Source: Octopus vulgaris | Lineage: Eukaryota | Direction: 5' to 3' | Assembly: GCA_951406725.2 (NCBI GenBank) | Contig: OX597823.1 | Span: 2,728,001-2,792,000 of the forward strand | Length of the DNA: 64,000 nucleotides | Notes under the pieces: generated by a model | Database searches by the model: none | What the model was told of the DNA's origin: nothing | The model's input: only the letters and a program-made list of their open reading frames with translations | Translations under genes and position numbers: made by a program | In this document: piece by piece, positions 13,099 through 26,785 of the stretch | Layout: every line of letters begins with the position of its first letter | How positions within the stretch are numbered: the first letter of the stretch is position 1

Positions 13099-13281
13099 CA
13101 TTAAAAATTATACTATAACAATGTAAGTGTGCGTATTTTCTTTTTTTAATTTCTTATATACATAACAATCTACCACGTGGGGACAACCGAAATCCCTTTT
13201 TTCTGTTACTATATATATATATATATATATATGCATGCATATATGTGTAAACATAGATATAACATAAACATTCATTCTTAC

Positions 13282-13323
13282 CGTGTATATCAAATCTTTT
13301 TCGTTGCGTGGCAATGTTTCCAA
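13282..13323 (-). CDS. Lipoxygenase, exon 3, 42-nt micro-exon (LETLPRNEKDLIYT)
   Basis: ttttctgtttctacctggacag|TTG acceptor and ACG|gtaaga donor; phase 0-0; supplies the 'LPxDE/LPRD' motif that follows 'GFP' in lipoxygenases. Confidence 0.82.
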
Positions 13324-14431
13324 CTGTCCAGGTAGAAACAGAAAATGGTTAAAATCAATTGTATTATTTAACTTATGAGCATCCTTCCAATTGAAATTGT
13401 GTTATTTAATTATGTTTCCTTGCGTCTTTACATCAAATGTTTCCACGATCCAGTTTAACTTTCCTAATTCCAGAGGAGGAGATCGATAATATAAAGAAGC
13501 AATCAATATCGGTACTGTTAAGGTCACCTGAAAATAATCTTTTCTACATTTGAAAAATCTTTATGAATTATTACACAAAGATAAAAGGTTAGAAATAGCA
13601 GCCAAAATTACCCTTAAATAACACAATCCAGTGCTGTGGAGCACGTCGTTCAATGGGACATCTGGACGGCTTCCGATTAGCTGAGGTTCTACATATCGTT
13701 TATAGTACTGTGTAGATTCGTACCCGTGGAAAAAAAATAATTTGGACTCCATAGTTACTGGTCTCAACCGATCGAGTTATAAAATATGCAAACAGAGGAA
13801 CACTTTCTGATTAACGAATGTTTCTTTCCGTTTGCAACGATGATATGATATCGTTCTACCTGCTGGAAATAGCAGTTAAATACCACGCTACCACTGCTTA
13901 AAAATCATTTTATTCTGTAATACCAGGTATACGATCATACATGAAAGGTAAGACAAGGCTAGAATATTTATGATCCTATATCTGCCAGATTGACTTGGAT
14001 TTAAGTTTATTTCGAGAGGAAAAAACCAAAGAAAGTCTCTATGCAGCGGCATGACCTGCTAGAAATAGCTGCCCCATACCTCTCAAATCACAGGGTATCC
14101 CCTTTAAAAGTGGGACACATTGGAAAGTGTAATTATAGACACTGATGTGAAAATACGACAGGAGAGGTGGTCACAACTGGAACACCGTGATTATGCACTT
14201 AGCAACCAGTGATATTGATGCTTTATATCGCTTCTACTTACTATTTTATATAGCTTTCTGTAAAGTGTTATACGCAGGTGTTTCATTTAGCTTTATATTT
14301 TATACACTGCTCTTTCTGCTATTGACATGTCATATACAGGAAGAGCTTATATACAACCTTACTTTTTGATTATTGCTTTATCTTTTATTTACAATGCTAT
14401 ACTTTATATAAAGAGTCATCAGTGGCATGCC

Positions 14432-15758
14432 CAGAGTGTTCAAGTTAAATTTGACGATTTTTTTATGTGTCCTGTTTTCAAGAATAGCTTGATCTATTGA
14501 TGAACACTCAACGGCGTTGGAGAGTATAATGATTACAGTTGTAACTGAAAAACAGTTAGGTGACTGGAAGTCATCTGAATATTGGGAAAGAGTTATTTGT
14601 ATCATGAGGATTCTCATCAGGTATCGAAATGCCGACTTCATCACTGCTGCTCAACTTACTAAGAACACTGTAAAGGATGTAAGACCTGACATGGACAGCT
14701 AGAACGGAGACTACGAAGCTGTGCTCAGCAGGAAGGGACACACCAAGCGTTCTGATTGCGTCCGTACGCTGGAATATATCCAACAACTGCAGAACAAGGT
14801 GATGGCAGATCCAAGCAAAAGAATCTGAGCCTTGGCGAAAGAGATGGGCGTTAGAGTGAAGTTGGCTCTGAATGAGGACCTTTGTACTACTACTTACCAC
14901 TAGTACAGGAGGCACAAGGGACAAATTCTGGTCAAGGACAGCCACTTGACAAAAGAAAATAGGCTTTTGAACAAGATGAGGCACCGTGTCGAGCCGAGGA
15001 TAAGCTGGTTATTCTCAGAAGAATAGAACTTCTGCCGGAACCAGTTGCATAACACCTAGAACAACAAGTGGCTTGCCGGCAATCCCCGTGGTGTCCCATT
15101 TATCATGAACACCAAGTTTCCCAACCTGCAATGGCCTTTGTGTGTGTCTCTAGTCAGGTTGACGTCATACAGCCCCATATCTTTGAACAGGGCCTTAGGC
15201 TCGAATCAGACGACTATGCGAAGCTGCAGGAAACTATGGTCAAATCCTGCTGGAAGGCCATAAGTTAAAGAACAGGATTTATCTCCTTGCCATATTCCAG
15301 GAAAGAGTTAGAAGTGATTGTCAGAGAATTTCTACAACTTTATCAGCCCCAATTTCTAGCCTTCTCAGTCCCCCAATTTTGTGTGCAGTTTAAGGGCAGT
15401 TTAACTGCTATGTTTAGCACATCTAAAGATCACCTGATATACTTCATGTTTCTACGTTACTCTGACGTATTGATGCTTTTCTATATTTCCCCCCATAAAC
15501 ACACTTAATGGTCCCTTGCTGGAATTTAAGCAAAAAATTCGGACTGTCCATATTTCAAATTCTGATTTAAAAAAACATTCAAAAAATCAGAAAAATATTT
15601 TTATTTATATTATTTACAATTGACGGATATTTGTCCTCATCTTATTTGTTATTAACACGTTTCAGCTGATATACCCTCCAGCCTTCATCAGGTGTCTTGG
15701 GGAAATTTCAAATTTAGGTTCTCATTCCTAAGGTATCTTTCGATGTTGTTATTATTAC

Positions 15759-15794
<36 letters not shown>

Positions 15795-15795
15795 C

Positions 15796-15827
<32 letters not shown>

Positions 15828-16281
15828 TATTACTATTATTATTATTATTATTATTACTATTATTATTCAGGTCACTGCCTGGAATCGAACTCGGAATCTT
15901 GGGGTTAGTAGCCCGCGCTCTTAAACACTACACCATATGCACGTGGGCAAAAAAAAATTTGCTTAAAAATTCGGAAAATTAAAAAAAAAGAATTACCAAA
16001 ATCATATGAATTCCTTTGTGTAGAACTCAAATTTGCAAAATATTTTTGACAATTTAAAAAAATAAAAGGTTATAGGGTGCTTAACGCAAAATTCCGCTGA
16101 AGATTTTGCCAGTAACATAGTGAGGAACGCACGTGCCAGGTTGCAGAGCCGTCTTGAGACCGTGATGGGAGCTGTGGGTGGCTATTTTGAATAAACTGCC
16201 ATCTTTCTATTTTTATTTTTATATGAGATGTTATTTTCTTTTCTTTTTAAGCAGACTGTCAAATTTAACCTGAACATCCTT
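14432..16281 (+). mobile_element. Degenerate Tc1/mariner-superfamily transposon (DD37D/maT-like) with nested insertions
   Basis: TIRs gtgttcaagttaaatttgac / gtcaaatttaacctgaacat; remnant peptides RKGHTKRSDCVRT, FSEE*NF and MNTKFP. Confidence 0.65.
15610..15940 (-). mobile_element. tRNA-headed SINE-like element with internal (TAA)n and a hammerhead-type tail (15654-15696)
   Basis: Head GCATATGGTGTAGTG..GAGTTCGATTCC (A and B boxes); tail GACAC-CTGATGA-AGGCTG..CAGCT-GAAAC-GTGTT. Confidence 0.7.
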
Positions 16282-16804
16282 TATGTGATAACTCCATAGC
16301 AATTAGATTATAAAAATTCTTGAGAAATGAATTTTGTCGTTGACCACTGGGTCAGTCCTGGACAAGAAAAACTATGGTTTTTTAAAATTAGATATTTGAA
16401 CAATAGGAATGACGTATGTTGAGGGGAAATTTGGCTACTATTTCTAGCAGATTGAAGGGTTACATAATGTAGTTTCTTGGTTGCTCTAAGTCTACGATGT
16501 AGGTTTGATTCATGGCCAGAGAAATTTAACTGTAATGGGAAATTCAATTGCTAATAACAACTACCAAAGTAGGAAGTCTAAAATTATTTCATATACAACA
16601 TTATTATAAAATATTCTCTTGAATTTTGTTTACAAAACACATAGCCGATCCCATTCGCACTAATCGGTAGTATGGTTACCAGGCAAGCGATAAATTCATG
16701 GCTGGACTCAGCCATATAATTCTTACCATTTTGGGCTTAATCATAAATAGAAAACAAAACAATTAAAAATCATCTTTTTATTACAATACCAGATATATAC
16801 TCAC

Positions 16805-16966
16805 CTTAAGAGGGAAGCCCTCTACGTATTTTAACTTATAGAGGTCACGATTCTTCTGCATTTCATTTATTCGTTCGGCTTTACATGGATCTTTCTCTCG
16901 CGTTAATGGAGGAGGACCAATATTTGGTGCAGCTCCCTGGTGGGAGCTTGTCATCAGATCATCCAT
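16805..16966 (-). CDS. Lipoxygenase, exon 2 coding part with probable start codon (MDDLMTSSHQ...KDPCKAERINEMQKNRDLYKLKYVEGFPLK)
   Basis: ttctaaaaacag|AAATGG acceptor (exon starts 16968) and AAG|gtgagt donor; 'DP...R..E....R..Y......GFP' resembles the first helix of the lipoxygenase catalytic domain. Confidence 0.82.
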
Positions 16967-17049
16967 TTCTGTTTTTAGAAAATAGAGAATGAAAGACTTA
17001 TGTCATATTACAGCAATAACCCAAACAGTTTTAGTTTTCTCAATATATG

Positions 17050-17093
<44 letters not shown>

Positions 17094-17116
17094 ATCTATC
17101 TATCTAGCTATACACA

Positions 17117-17148
<32 letters not shown>

Positions 17149-17569
17149 TATTTAAGTCACAATATATGGCTTCAAGTAATCCGGGAATATTCATAAAAAA
17201 GCTACTTAATGTATCATTCTACGAAACAGAATACAAAGGAAAATGATAAGGAGTGTATAACAATATAAATGACGGGAGTAAATATAATGATAAAGTTTAT
17301 TTAACTATAAGAAAATTCAAATATCACAACACATTGTTTTGTAATTTAAGGCATGTTAACATAATTTATTTTGTTATATTTAATAAATAAATTATTTATC
17401 TTCAAAAATCGTTTTAAACAATGCAGAAATTAAGCTACATCCTTAGATGAAAGAAAACTCTTTCTTAAATACTAAATACTTTAGAATCTAACAAAGATTT
17501 TTCTTTTCACCTGAGAATTTAGTTAAAATTTCTGCTTGTTTTAAACGATTTTTTGTATTAATGCAGACA

Positions 17570-18690
17570 TGTAAGTCACTCATATCGCTTGACCGTCGTG
17601 TCTTGTCCCAGACATTGGTCTGATTACGCTGGAGCTTATACTCCTCCGCTTCTTATGGAGGGGATGCGTCCCGGTGGTCAGGCGGTCTATCTGCTGTCAA
17701 CACCCGCTGCGTGGTGGACTGAGCATGGTGGTTGATAATGTGCAGTTATGCACTGAGTCTACGAGAACTCCAGTGCTTCCTTGACGGTGAACAGGTGTGA
17801 TTGGCATTCGCCAGACACGTATTTCCGCAGTTAGTTTCTTTAGCGGAGATGCAGTCCTTGGTAAAACAGAGACCGAGGGGGAGCATTTGGAAAGTGGAAT
17901 GTCTTCAAGTGCTTCCCTCAGCTAATAGGGAACTGCTTAGGTGGAACATCCACTTTAGTATTTTATAGAGGATTAGTGGAGGAAAAGTGCGACAATGTTA
18001 TTGGGGTGGCCTTGGGCATCGAGGGAGATCTGCTAGTCGCTCTTTTCCGGAGAACTTTCGGGCTGTGACCAATGGATAATTTCTAAAAATCTCTGACCTG
18101 GAAGTGCTACTGGGTAGCTTTGCCTGTTCGGGATAAACTTTACAGGCACGGAAGTGTCGTCAGCCGAGCATGTCCGAGATGCATGCAGGACGACGAGAAA
18201 GTCCTGCATGCACTCGTCCAGTGCCCGAGCATTGCTGTCCTCTGGGTTTATGTCGGACACCTGCTGTCGCGTGTGGGACGGATCCGGCTGTCAACTGAAT
18301 CCATTGCGAAGATCACCCTGCCGCCTTCCCTTAGCCGGGAAGGAAAGGCTGTTTTTATATGTCCGGTGGCCATGGCGAAAGAGGTTGTATGGTGGACGAG
18401 ATTGAAGGGACTGAAGACAAACACTTTTCTCTTTGGCCAATCCCTGTTGAACTTTTTCAAGTTTCACTTTTAGCCAGTTTGCTAAAAGGTGGATGAAAGA
18501 GGCGAGAATGGTGTGAGTGAACGAGCCTGCCCTGAGCATTCGCCTGTAGTTGGAAAAAAGGAAAGGAAAATAGGCACCTACCCCAAAAGTCAGGGTACCC
18601 ATGGTTTTTTTACGGGCTTTTTCCATGAGCATCCCTCGAACGTCTCCTCCCTACTGAGGATTACACAGCGTTGATTTCTCTCTCATTGAA
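17570..18690 (+). mobile_element. L1/Tx1-like LINE, 3' fragment
   Basis: LPVRDKLYRHG..CPRC..E.VLHALVQCP, the C-terminal zinc knuckle of L1-clade ORF2; frameshifted. Confidence 0.75.
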
Positions 18691-18831
18691 AAAAATTTGT
18701 TAGACTTGCTTACACACAAAATCCTTACAACACACTCTCACACATATACACGAGATTTTGTTTTGTCCTGAGCTGTCCATAATGATTTTCTAACGTAAAC
18801 CTTTGTGGTAAATAAAGAAATCATCATCGTT

Positions 18832-18912
<81 letters not shown>

Positions 18913-18924
18913 TAAAACAGTTTG

Positions 18925-19425
18925 CTTCAACCCCATGTGATGTAACGTTTTGTAGCAGAAGTTCGTCTCTTTCATTAGATTACCAAATGGAGAAACACAG
19001 GAACTTGTATCCAGGTATGGGTGGCGTATCTGGTATTCCTTGAAGAAAATTGTCCGTTTAAAGTGATGGGATCCTTTTTCCTTTTTTATCAGTTTTGGGA
19101 CAATGTTAAATAGGGGAGAGCCTGTTGAGGAAAAGTTGTGTCGCAGTGTACCTATATGTTATGATCCTGAATTGTGCCGGGTACGTATGGCCCGTGGTCC
19201 CAGCCTTGGATGAACCTTGAAACTAATGCCCAGGTCGTTTGGGCAATGCAGAATGTATTTTCTTCACATTGTGCAATTGATGTACCGCTCGCGGCGGCGC
19301 TGGAGAGAGTAGAGTTTCAAGGCTTTAAGGGGGCCCAGTAATCGAGATCAGTCATGCCTTCAATTCGTTTAGTGAGTGCCCTCTGGGGTGATTCAATATA
19401 TATAGAAGGGGTGTATTTCCACGCG
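18925..19425 (-). mobile_element. CR1-type LINE 3' fragment (related to the 48053-52693 element)
   Basis: IESPQRALTKRIEGMTDLDYW..LYSLQRRRERY; aligns by eye to 52900-53310. Confidence 0.8.
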
Positions 19426-19825
19426 GGAAAAAGTATAGGAGAATTTGTTTTTGAATATGCACCTGACTTTGAAAAACTTGCTTTTAAATAAATTAATTTA
19501 CATACATACCAAGCTAGTTTCAACAATTTTTTGTCAATAGTATAAACGTATATAAAACAATGCGAAGAAGAAAACAAGTTTAAATGATTAAATGTTCACA
19601 AAATTCAATAACAGGGGTAGATAATATCAAAAATGATCGGCGAAGAATATAAAAAATGTGGATTACTAGAAGTTCAGTGAAACTGAGTTATTATAGAATA
19701 AATGGACAAGAGAGAGAAAAGAAAAAAAATCTTGCGTGTTATTCTTTTTCCGTCGCGTACAGGGCTTTTCGCTTTTAACGGAATGTTTTGGAATTAGTGT
19801 ATGTATGTATATATATATATATATA

Positions 19826-20031
19826 CATGTGATCTCGTGAGCACCGCCAGCAATTTTTTTCCTCTGTCTTCCCTTCTCGGGATCTTTCCTTCTCCTTTGT
19901 TTCCGACGAAGAGCTCCGCTCGAAACGTTGAACCCTCCTTCTTCCCTTCTTTCCTGGGCTTCCAATAATACTTTAATTGTTCCACGTCCTCGCGTTGCTG
20001 TGTTTTTTTTTCTGTGTTTTCTTGTTTGGAT

Positions 20032-20036
<5 letters not shown>
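19826..20036 (+). mobile_element. pLTR-like short element in TA repeats with a minimal hammerhead at 19899-19933 (U4C)
   Basis: GTTT-CCGACGA-AGAGC-TCC-GCTC-GAAAC-GTT-GAAC; the 3' end matches the reverse complement of 47955-48015 and 59194-59253. Confidence 0.6.
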
Positions 20037-20095
<59 letters not shown>

Positions 20096-20479
20096 TCTCC
20101 GCGGACGGATCTACTTTTTGATTCGTTATAATTCTGATCACGTCTTATTCTTTCTGATGGTCAAGTTTAGCGTTCTGCTTGGTTGACCCGGTTGGTTGAT
20201 TCTCATAAAGGGTCAGTTTGTTTTCCTGAGGGTCCGGTTCTGATTGGAAGTAAAATTCCATTCGTCTAGTGATTGGTAACGTCAGCAACTGGTGTTTGAG
20301 AGGGTGTATGGTGTTATTGGATAGTATAGGTGTGTAGTTATTGTATAGAGTTGCAGTTTCGAAACCCAGGTGGAAGACTGTTACTAAAGTTTTCGAATTA
20401 TGTCTGTTGTATCTGGTTGTTTTTTTGTGGAGAAATTGAGCCTCTTCTACTTTCTGGTGTTGATGTTGTCAGCAAAACC

Positions 20480-21597
20480 AAACATCTTCAGGTATTCAGC
20501 GATCTAAGAATGAGGCGTCATATCATATGCCTTCTTAAAGTCAATCCAAGCCACAGACATTTTTGTATGATGTTTCTTACAATGCCTCAAAACTGTTTTA
20601 TCGATGACCAGGTGATCTTTGGTACCCTGAGAACTCTTCCTACATCCTTTTTGTACACTTTGTAGTATTTCTTCTTGTGCTAGGAAAGTGTATGTAGTTT
20701 CTCAAAATATTACCCTTTCTTCTATCTTTCATTACAAGTGTTGTCCTCCCAGTCACCATCCACGCGGGGACTGTACCTTTCTGGTCACACTCATTCAATT
20801 GGGCTGCTAGTCTTTCATGCGCCGAGTGGCATCTCTTCAGCCAGAAGCCACGAATCCCATCTGGTCTGGGGACTTTCAAGTTAGGCACTTTAACCACTTG
20901 TTCTTTCACATCACCCGTCCTTATGACAATATTCCTTTATTTCTTACCTCCTTGTAATTTTGTCTTGATAGTCCCTATCCACATCGCATCCCTTTTATGC
21001 ACCACCTTGTTTCCCTATAATCCACTCAAGAACTCCTGGTTTGATTTACATCAGGAGCAACATTTTCCCCATTGTCTCTTTGTAACGGGCGGAAGAATTG
21101 CTTCGAGTTATTTTTGAACAATCAGTTCTCCTCGAACTGCTTATTTCTGTTCACAAATCTTCTGATCTTCTGGCTTTTTGCTATGATCCTCTGTTTTAAC
21201 TGCTCTATTACTGTATCAAACCCGCTCTTCCGTATTTTATACTTCTTCCCTAATTTTTCTGTCGGTCTTTTTCCCATTTTTCCAGTTTCCTCTTAACTAT
21301 TGCTCAGTTTTTCCTAGATCTTGCCTTACCCGTATTATGTCCCGTTTCAATGCGTTCTTTCCACCATGTTCTTTTGCTCCACCATTTTTGTTCCCTTAAG
21401 TTGTAATTTCTCCTCAACAAGTAGCGCAATAGCTCGGAGATTCCTTGTTTGTGTTATGTCCTCCGACTGGATGTATGGTACAACAGTATTTATCTTTCGT
21501 GTTACTTTATTTATCATACTCCTATCTTTATCATATTCATGGGTATTTTTTTCTGAAGTCGGTGAGTCGTCTTTGAATTTCAAGCAATTCAATATCT
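20480..21597 (-). mobile_element. R4/Dong-type (RLE) LINE fragment
   Basis: PDGIRGFWLKR..VPAWMVTGRTTLVMKD and WIDFKKAYDM remnants, homologous to 24400-24850. Confidence 0.75.
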
Positions 21598-22062
21598 AGT
21601 TGGTTCATTTCCCCTGCATGTCCACCCACCACAGTATCAGGGTTATCAAAAGACCTAATCAACAGCATGGAGTTCTTCTGCTGCACGACAACGCCTGCCC
21701 TCATATCGCCAATATGACCAAGAAAACCATTCAAACGCATGGCTGGGAAGTGCTGCCACACCTGCCGTACTCTTCTGATTTGGCATCAACGAATTTCCAT
21801 TCCTTTCGACCTCCATCAAATGCTATACGCGGAGTTTCGTTCAATACTGATGCGGAATTGAGAGCTTGGTTGGATTAATTTTTCGAGTCGAAATCGGGTG
21901 ATTTCTACCAACGAGGTATTGAAAATCTTGTTGAACGTTGGGAAGAAGTTGTAAACAACAAGGGTGAATACATTGTTGATTAATTAGTTGTTATTTTTTA
22001 TTAAAACTTTTTAAAAATCTAAATTACAAAAAAAACGGTGGTAACTTAGTTGGCAACCCAAT
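21598..22062 (+). mobile_element. Mariner 3' half with right TIR
   Basis: LLHDNACPH..WEVLPHLPYSSDLA; TIR aacttagttggcaacccaa followed by TA. Confidence 0.88.
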
Positions 22063-22289
22063 ATATATTAAGCACTGTTCACGTTAAGTTATCAAATATT
22101 CATTTATTTCATACATAACAGAAATAAGATGAATTTAGTGTTATCGCATTAGAATTAAATGTGAAAGAATAGAAGTGAAACAATATTATATCACATCACA
22201 ATATAGATCTCATTCTTTCACTTTTGACACTTAATACCGAACCAGTGCCAATGTTATATTGTTCTAATCCAAATGAAAAAAAAATTACA

Positions 22290-22570
22290 TGTTGACACTC
22301 AAGTATCCTAAATGTTGGAATCAGCACCGGTAGGGCAAATGCATTGTGGGATATTGTCTTGTAAGAGGAGAGAGTTCGGACTAATATTTTTCTTAGTCTG
22401 GTGTAATAGTCTAGGGTCACTCTATCTTTATTCACAGTACCTTGGTATGATATATGTTCATCATTGCCAAGGTACCTGTAGCATTCTTTGTATGTTACAG
22501 GTGAGATAGTGAAACCATTGATGCACAGGTTTTGTGTCTGGGAGACTGATTTTCCGCTTTTAAAAATTAG
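22290..22570 (-). mobile_element. R4/Dong-type RT fragment
   Basis: DYYTRLRKIL...HNAFALPVL, homologous to EYYRRVRSIL..INTLAVPVI at ~25375-25470. Confidence 0.6.
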
Positions 22571-22866
22571 ATTGTTTATATAATTAATAATTTTATCTTA
22601 ACAAAATTTTACTACAAACACACACACACATGCATATGTTTATAATTATATCATTAAAATGCTTATTTAATAATATTTTACATACACACATATGTACTAA
22701 AGAAAAGACGGATATGTATGTAGTTAAATATCATGACTGATAAGCAGGCAGATACTAAACAGACAGACGGATGGACAGACAGACAGGCAAGCAGACAGAG
22801 ACAGACAGGCGGGCACAGAGAGAGACAGACAGACAGACAGACCGACAGACAGACAGACAGACAGAC

Positions 22867-22935
<69 letters not shown>

Positions 22936-23215
22936 CAAACATAAACAGTAAATATGCAAGTAGATAGTTATGAAAAGCGGGAAAATATTCCATTTAATTC
23001 CTATATGCAATCTTATCAAAAAACGTCCATACCTGGTAGAAGAGTGTGGATGAAACAAATAAATCTTGATTCTTGTATGTTCCAGAAAAAAAATTCTTAG
23101 CCTACGATGTCGATTGGATGTTTCTTTTAGAAGTTATGAATTGCTGAAATAGAAAAGAAAAAAATTAAATATGAGGAAAATTATATACATACATACATAC
23201 ATACATACGTGTTTG

Positions 23216-23303
<88 letters not shown>

Positions 23304-23366
23304 AATTCCTCTATTTACTTAACATCGAGGTCTCATTCATTCTTTTGTTATCATATTATTATTATT

Positions 23367-23455
<89 letters not shown>

Positions 23456-23456
<1 letters not shown>

Positions 23457-26400
23457 GATAGTAAAACACGAAGACGAACGTAACATTTCCAATAAAAACT
23501 ATGTAAACAAAAAACAACAAACCCAGACCGTAAGGATGCATAATAATGCACGACAAGCAGCAAGCCAAAATACGACAGGCAGACATACGAACGCGAAATA
23601 AAGCAACACAACTCTAAAACCTGGAAACAACGAAGGGGAGCCTAAAGATTATGATACTATAAAAAGTAGAATAATCAAAGAACTGAAAAACTCAGATCTC
23701 AAAATGGACCACCGACCATACCTCCCAAAAATCAAAATAGACAAAAAAACAACATCAATTATAAATAGCATAAACCTAGCCGTCACAGAACTAATAGCCA
23801 CTAAAACAAATAGCGATATCACTTAGCTAAATGACATAATATATGCAGCAGCCACTGCAGCCACAATAGAAGCTGGATACTCCCTCAAACCCATCCAAAC
23901 AGGAGTACCACCAAACAAACCCTGTAGATAAATAACATCTCCAAAAAATACAAAAAATGAGAAAAGATCTGTCGATTCTTAATGAAATCAGTAGACAATC
24001 AACGCTACTAAGAAACAAAAAGAAAACAAAAGTACTGTGCAAATACAACATCACAGAAAAAGATTTACCTGAGATAAAAGAAAAGCTAAAGCAAGATATC
24101 CTTGCCAAAGCACAAAGGATCCGCCGGTATGAGAAACGCCAACGTTTCTTTGAACAAAACAAACAGTTCAACTCCAACCCCAAAAAGTTCTACCAAAAAC
24201 TTGGCAAAAAATCAAAATAGACATCACTGCAGCACCAACGGCAGAAGAAGTGGAAGAATTCTGTTAAGAAACATGGTCGGCGAATGAACAACCCCAAAAA
24301 AGGAGTATTAAAACAACAAACATAGCATCTGAGCAACTTTGGACCCCCATAACAACTGAAAGCTCACCCAGGCACTGCAAAGACTAAGCAACTGGAAGGC
24401 ACCTGGGCATGACAAGATCCCCAGCTTCTGGTTGAAATATCTAACAGGAATGCACAAAAAGCTGGCTGAAAACTTTAACAACATACTAGCAGAGCCAGAG
24501 ACAATGCCTGAATGGCTCACGAAGGGGAAAACCATCTTAATTCCCAAATTCAATGAGACAGCAAAACCAGAAAACTACAGACCTTTAACCTGTCTCCCTA
24601 CAATGTACAAAGCATTCACTGCAGTAATATCACAAAGATTGAACAAGCACCTGGACGAAAACAACCTGTTTCCAGAAGAGCAGAAAGGATGCCGCAAAGG
24701 CTCCTATGGCTGTAAAGATCAACTATTGATTAATAAAGCAATAACTGAAGACAGCCACAAAAAGAAGAAAGGCCTCAGTATGGCCTGGATCGACTACAGA
24801 AAGGCGTTTGATAGCATCCCCCACACATGGATCCTCGAAACACTAGCCATTAACAAAGTAGCACCAACAATTATAAAATACATAGGACATTCTATGAATA
24901 AATGGCAAACAGTGCTACAGCTCCAAACAAAAGAGGGACTCGTGAAAACCAAAGCCATCCCCATTAGAAGAGGAATATCCAGGGAGACAGGCTCTCTCCA
25001 CTCCTTTTCTGCTTGGCACTGTCACCTCTATATGATATGCTAGATAGAACTGGATGCAGATATAAATGTTACGGCAAAACGATCAGCCACCTTTTATATA
25101 TGGATGACCTAAAACTGTACGCTGCAAATTACAAACAGCTAGAAACACAATTAAAGACAGTTCATGGAATCACCAAAGAAATAGATATGAAATTTGGAAT
25201 AGAAAAATGCGTCAAATTAACCCTGAAGAGAGGAAAACTAGTTAAGAGTAGCAACATCACACTAGATAAAGCCAATGAAATAAAAGAACTAGACCAAAGC
25301 CAAACTTACAAATATTTAGGAATCCATGAACTAGATACGATGCAACACACACAAATGAAAGAGAAAATAAAAAAAGAATATTATAGACGAGTTAGATCAA
25401 TACTAAAAGCAGAGCTCAATGCTAAAAACAAGATAATAGGTATTAACACTTTAGCCGTCCCAGTTATAAGTTACAGCCAGAATATCCTTAACTGGACACT
25501 AATGAACTAAGCAAAATAGATAGGAAAACAAGAAAAATAATGACAGGATCTAGGATGCACCGCCCAAAATCTGACATAGAAAGACTATATATACAACGTA
25601 TAGAAGGTGGTAGAGGCCTTATACAGCTGGAAAACTACTATAAAATAACCACCATCGGACTGCAAAAATACCTACTTCAGAAGCAAGGAAAACTGATACA
25701 AATAGCGGCAAAACACGAGCAAAACAAAAAACTGTTCTCAGTATTTAAGGAAGCTGACAAATACAAACAAGAAATCATACCTCCTAACAAATATGAAGAA
25801 GAAGAAGATGAAAAAAAAAAAAGAAGAAGAAGAAGAAGAAGAAGAAGAAGAAGAAGAAGAAGAAGAAGAAGAAAAAAAAGATACAAAAGCTATAAAACAA
25901 ATGAAATCCAAACTAAAACTAGAACAGCAACGGACCATGATAAAACGATGGCAAGAAAAACTAAATGCAGATGAAATAGATAAAGAAAAATCCCAGCAAT
26001 GGTTGAGAAGCTCAGGACTCAAAGCAGAGACGGAAGGATTTTTAATTGCAGCACAAGACCAAAGCCTCCCCACCAGAAATTACCAAAAACATGTAATGAA
26101 AAGAAATATAACAAGTAACTGCAGAATATGTGGAGATGGACAAGAAACAATAAATCATATTATCTCTGGCTGCCCAGTCCTGGCTAAGAAGGAATATATT
26201 CACAGACACGACAGAGTTGGGACCTACATACACTGGAAGCTATGCCAACATTATGGAATAACAACAGAAAAAGATGGTGTAGGCACACACCAGAAAAAGT
26301 TACAGAAAACGAGAAAACAACAATACTCTGGGATATGCCAATACACACAGATAAAGAAATTAAGGCCAACAGACCAGATATAGTTGTCAGAGATCATGAA

Positions 26401-26780
26401 GAAAAAATGCTTTCTAATTGATGTATCAATACCGGAAGATGACGACGTGTCTCTAAAAGAAATGGAGAAACTTTCTAATTACAAAGACCCAGAAATAGAG
26501 GTAACTAGAATGTGGAATCTAAAAACAGAAACAATTCCTATCATAGTAGGCGCATTAGGCATGATTAAAAAGTATTTATACAAATACATAACAAAAACAC
26601 CAGGACTAGCAAATATATATAACATACAGAAAATTGCACTACTGGGCACTGCACACATCCTACGCAAAACACTTTCAATACAATGAGAGTAAGAGCACCA
26701 CAGCAAATCACAGCACATACCCAAGGCACACAGAGCTGCGCTCGGTAGTGAAGTGAAAGCAAGCTGTAAAAATAAAACTA

Positions 26781-26785
<5 letters not shown>
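23456..26785 (+). mobile_element. R4/Dong-type LINE (RT + CCHC knuckle + restriction-like endonuclease), frameshifted, between two (TAA)n tracts
   Basis: ENYRPLTCL, EQKGC, WIDYRKAFDS, LYMDDLKLY, YKYLG, CRIC..ETINHIISGC..RHD, RPDIV and IDVSIP; (TAA)n at ~23368-23455 and ~26786-26858. Confidence 0.92.

Larger units (their letters stand above)
11722..13158 (-). mobile_element. 5'-truncated Penelope-like element bounded by ~140-bp inverted pLTR copies
   Basis: TDIYYKSTGSKQYLLFNSCHP, KCGHPNCGTCP linker and GIY-YIG remnant (LRKRITLHKEQIR); 11722-11859 is the reverse complement of ~13019-13158. Confidence 0.9.

Noticed and set aside
13282-13527. Longer version of exon 3 using the ttttcag acceptor at 13528-13529
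   Set aside because: Contains an in-frame TAA and inserts ~68 residues with no lipoxygenase resemblance; the proximal acceptor at 13324 gives the expected GFP..LPR spacing.
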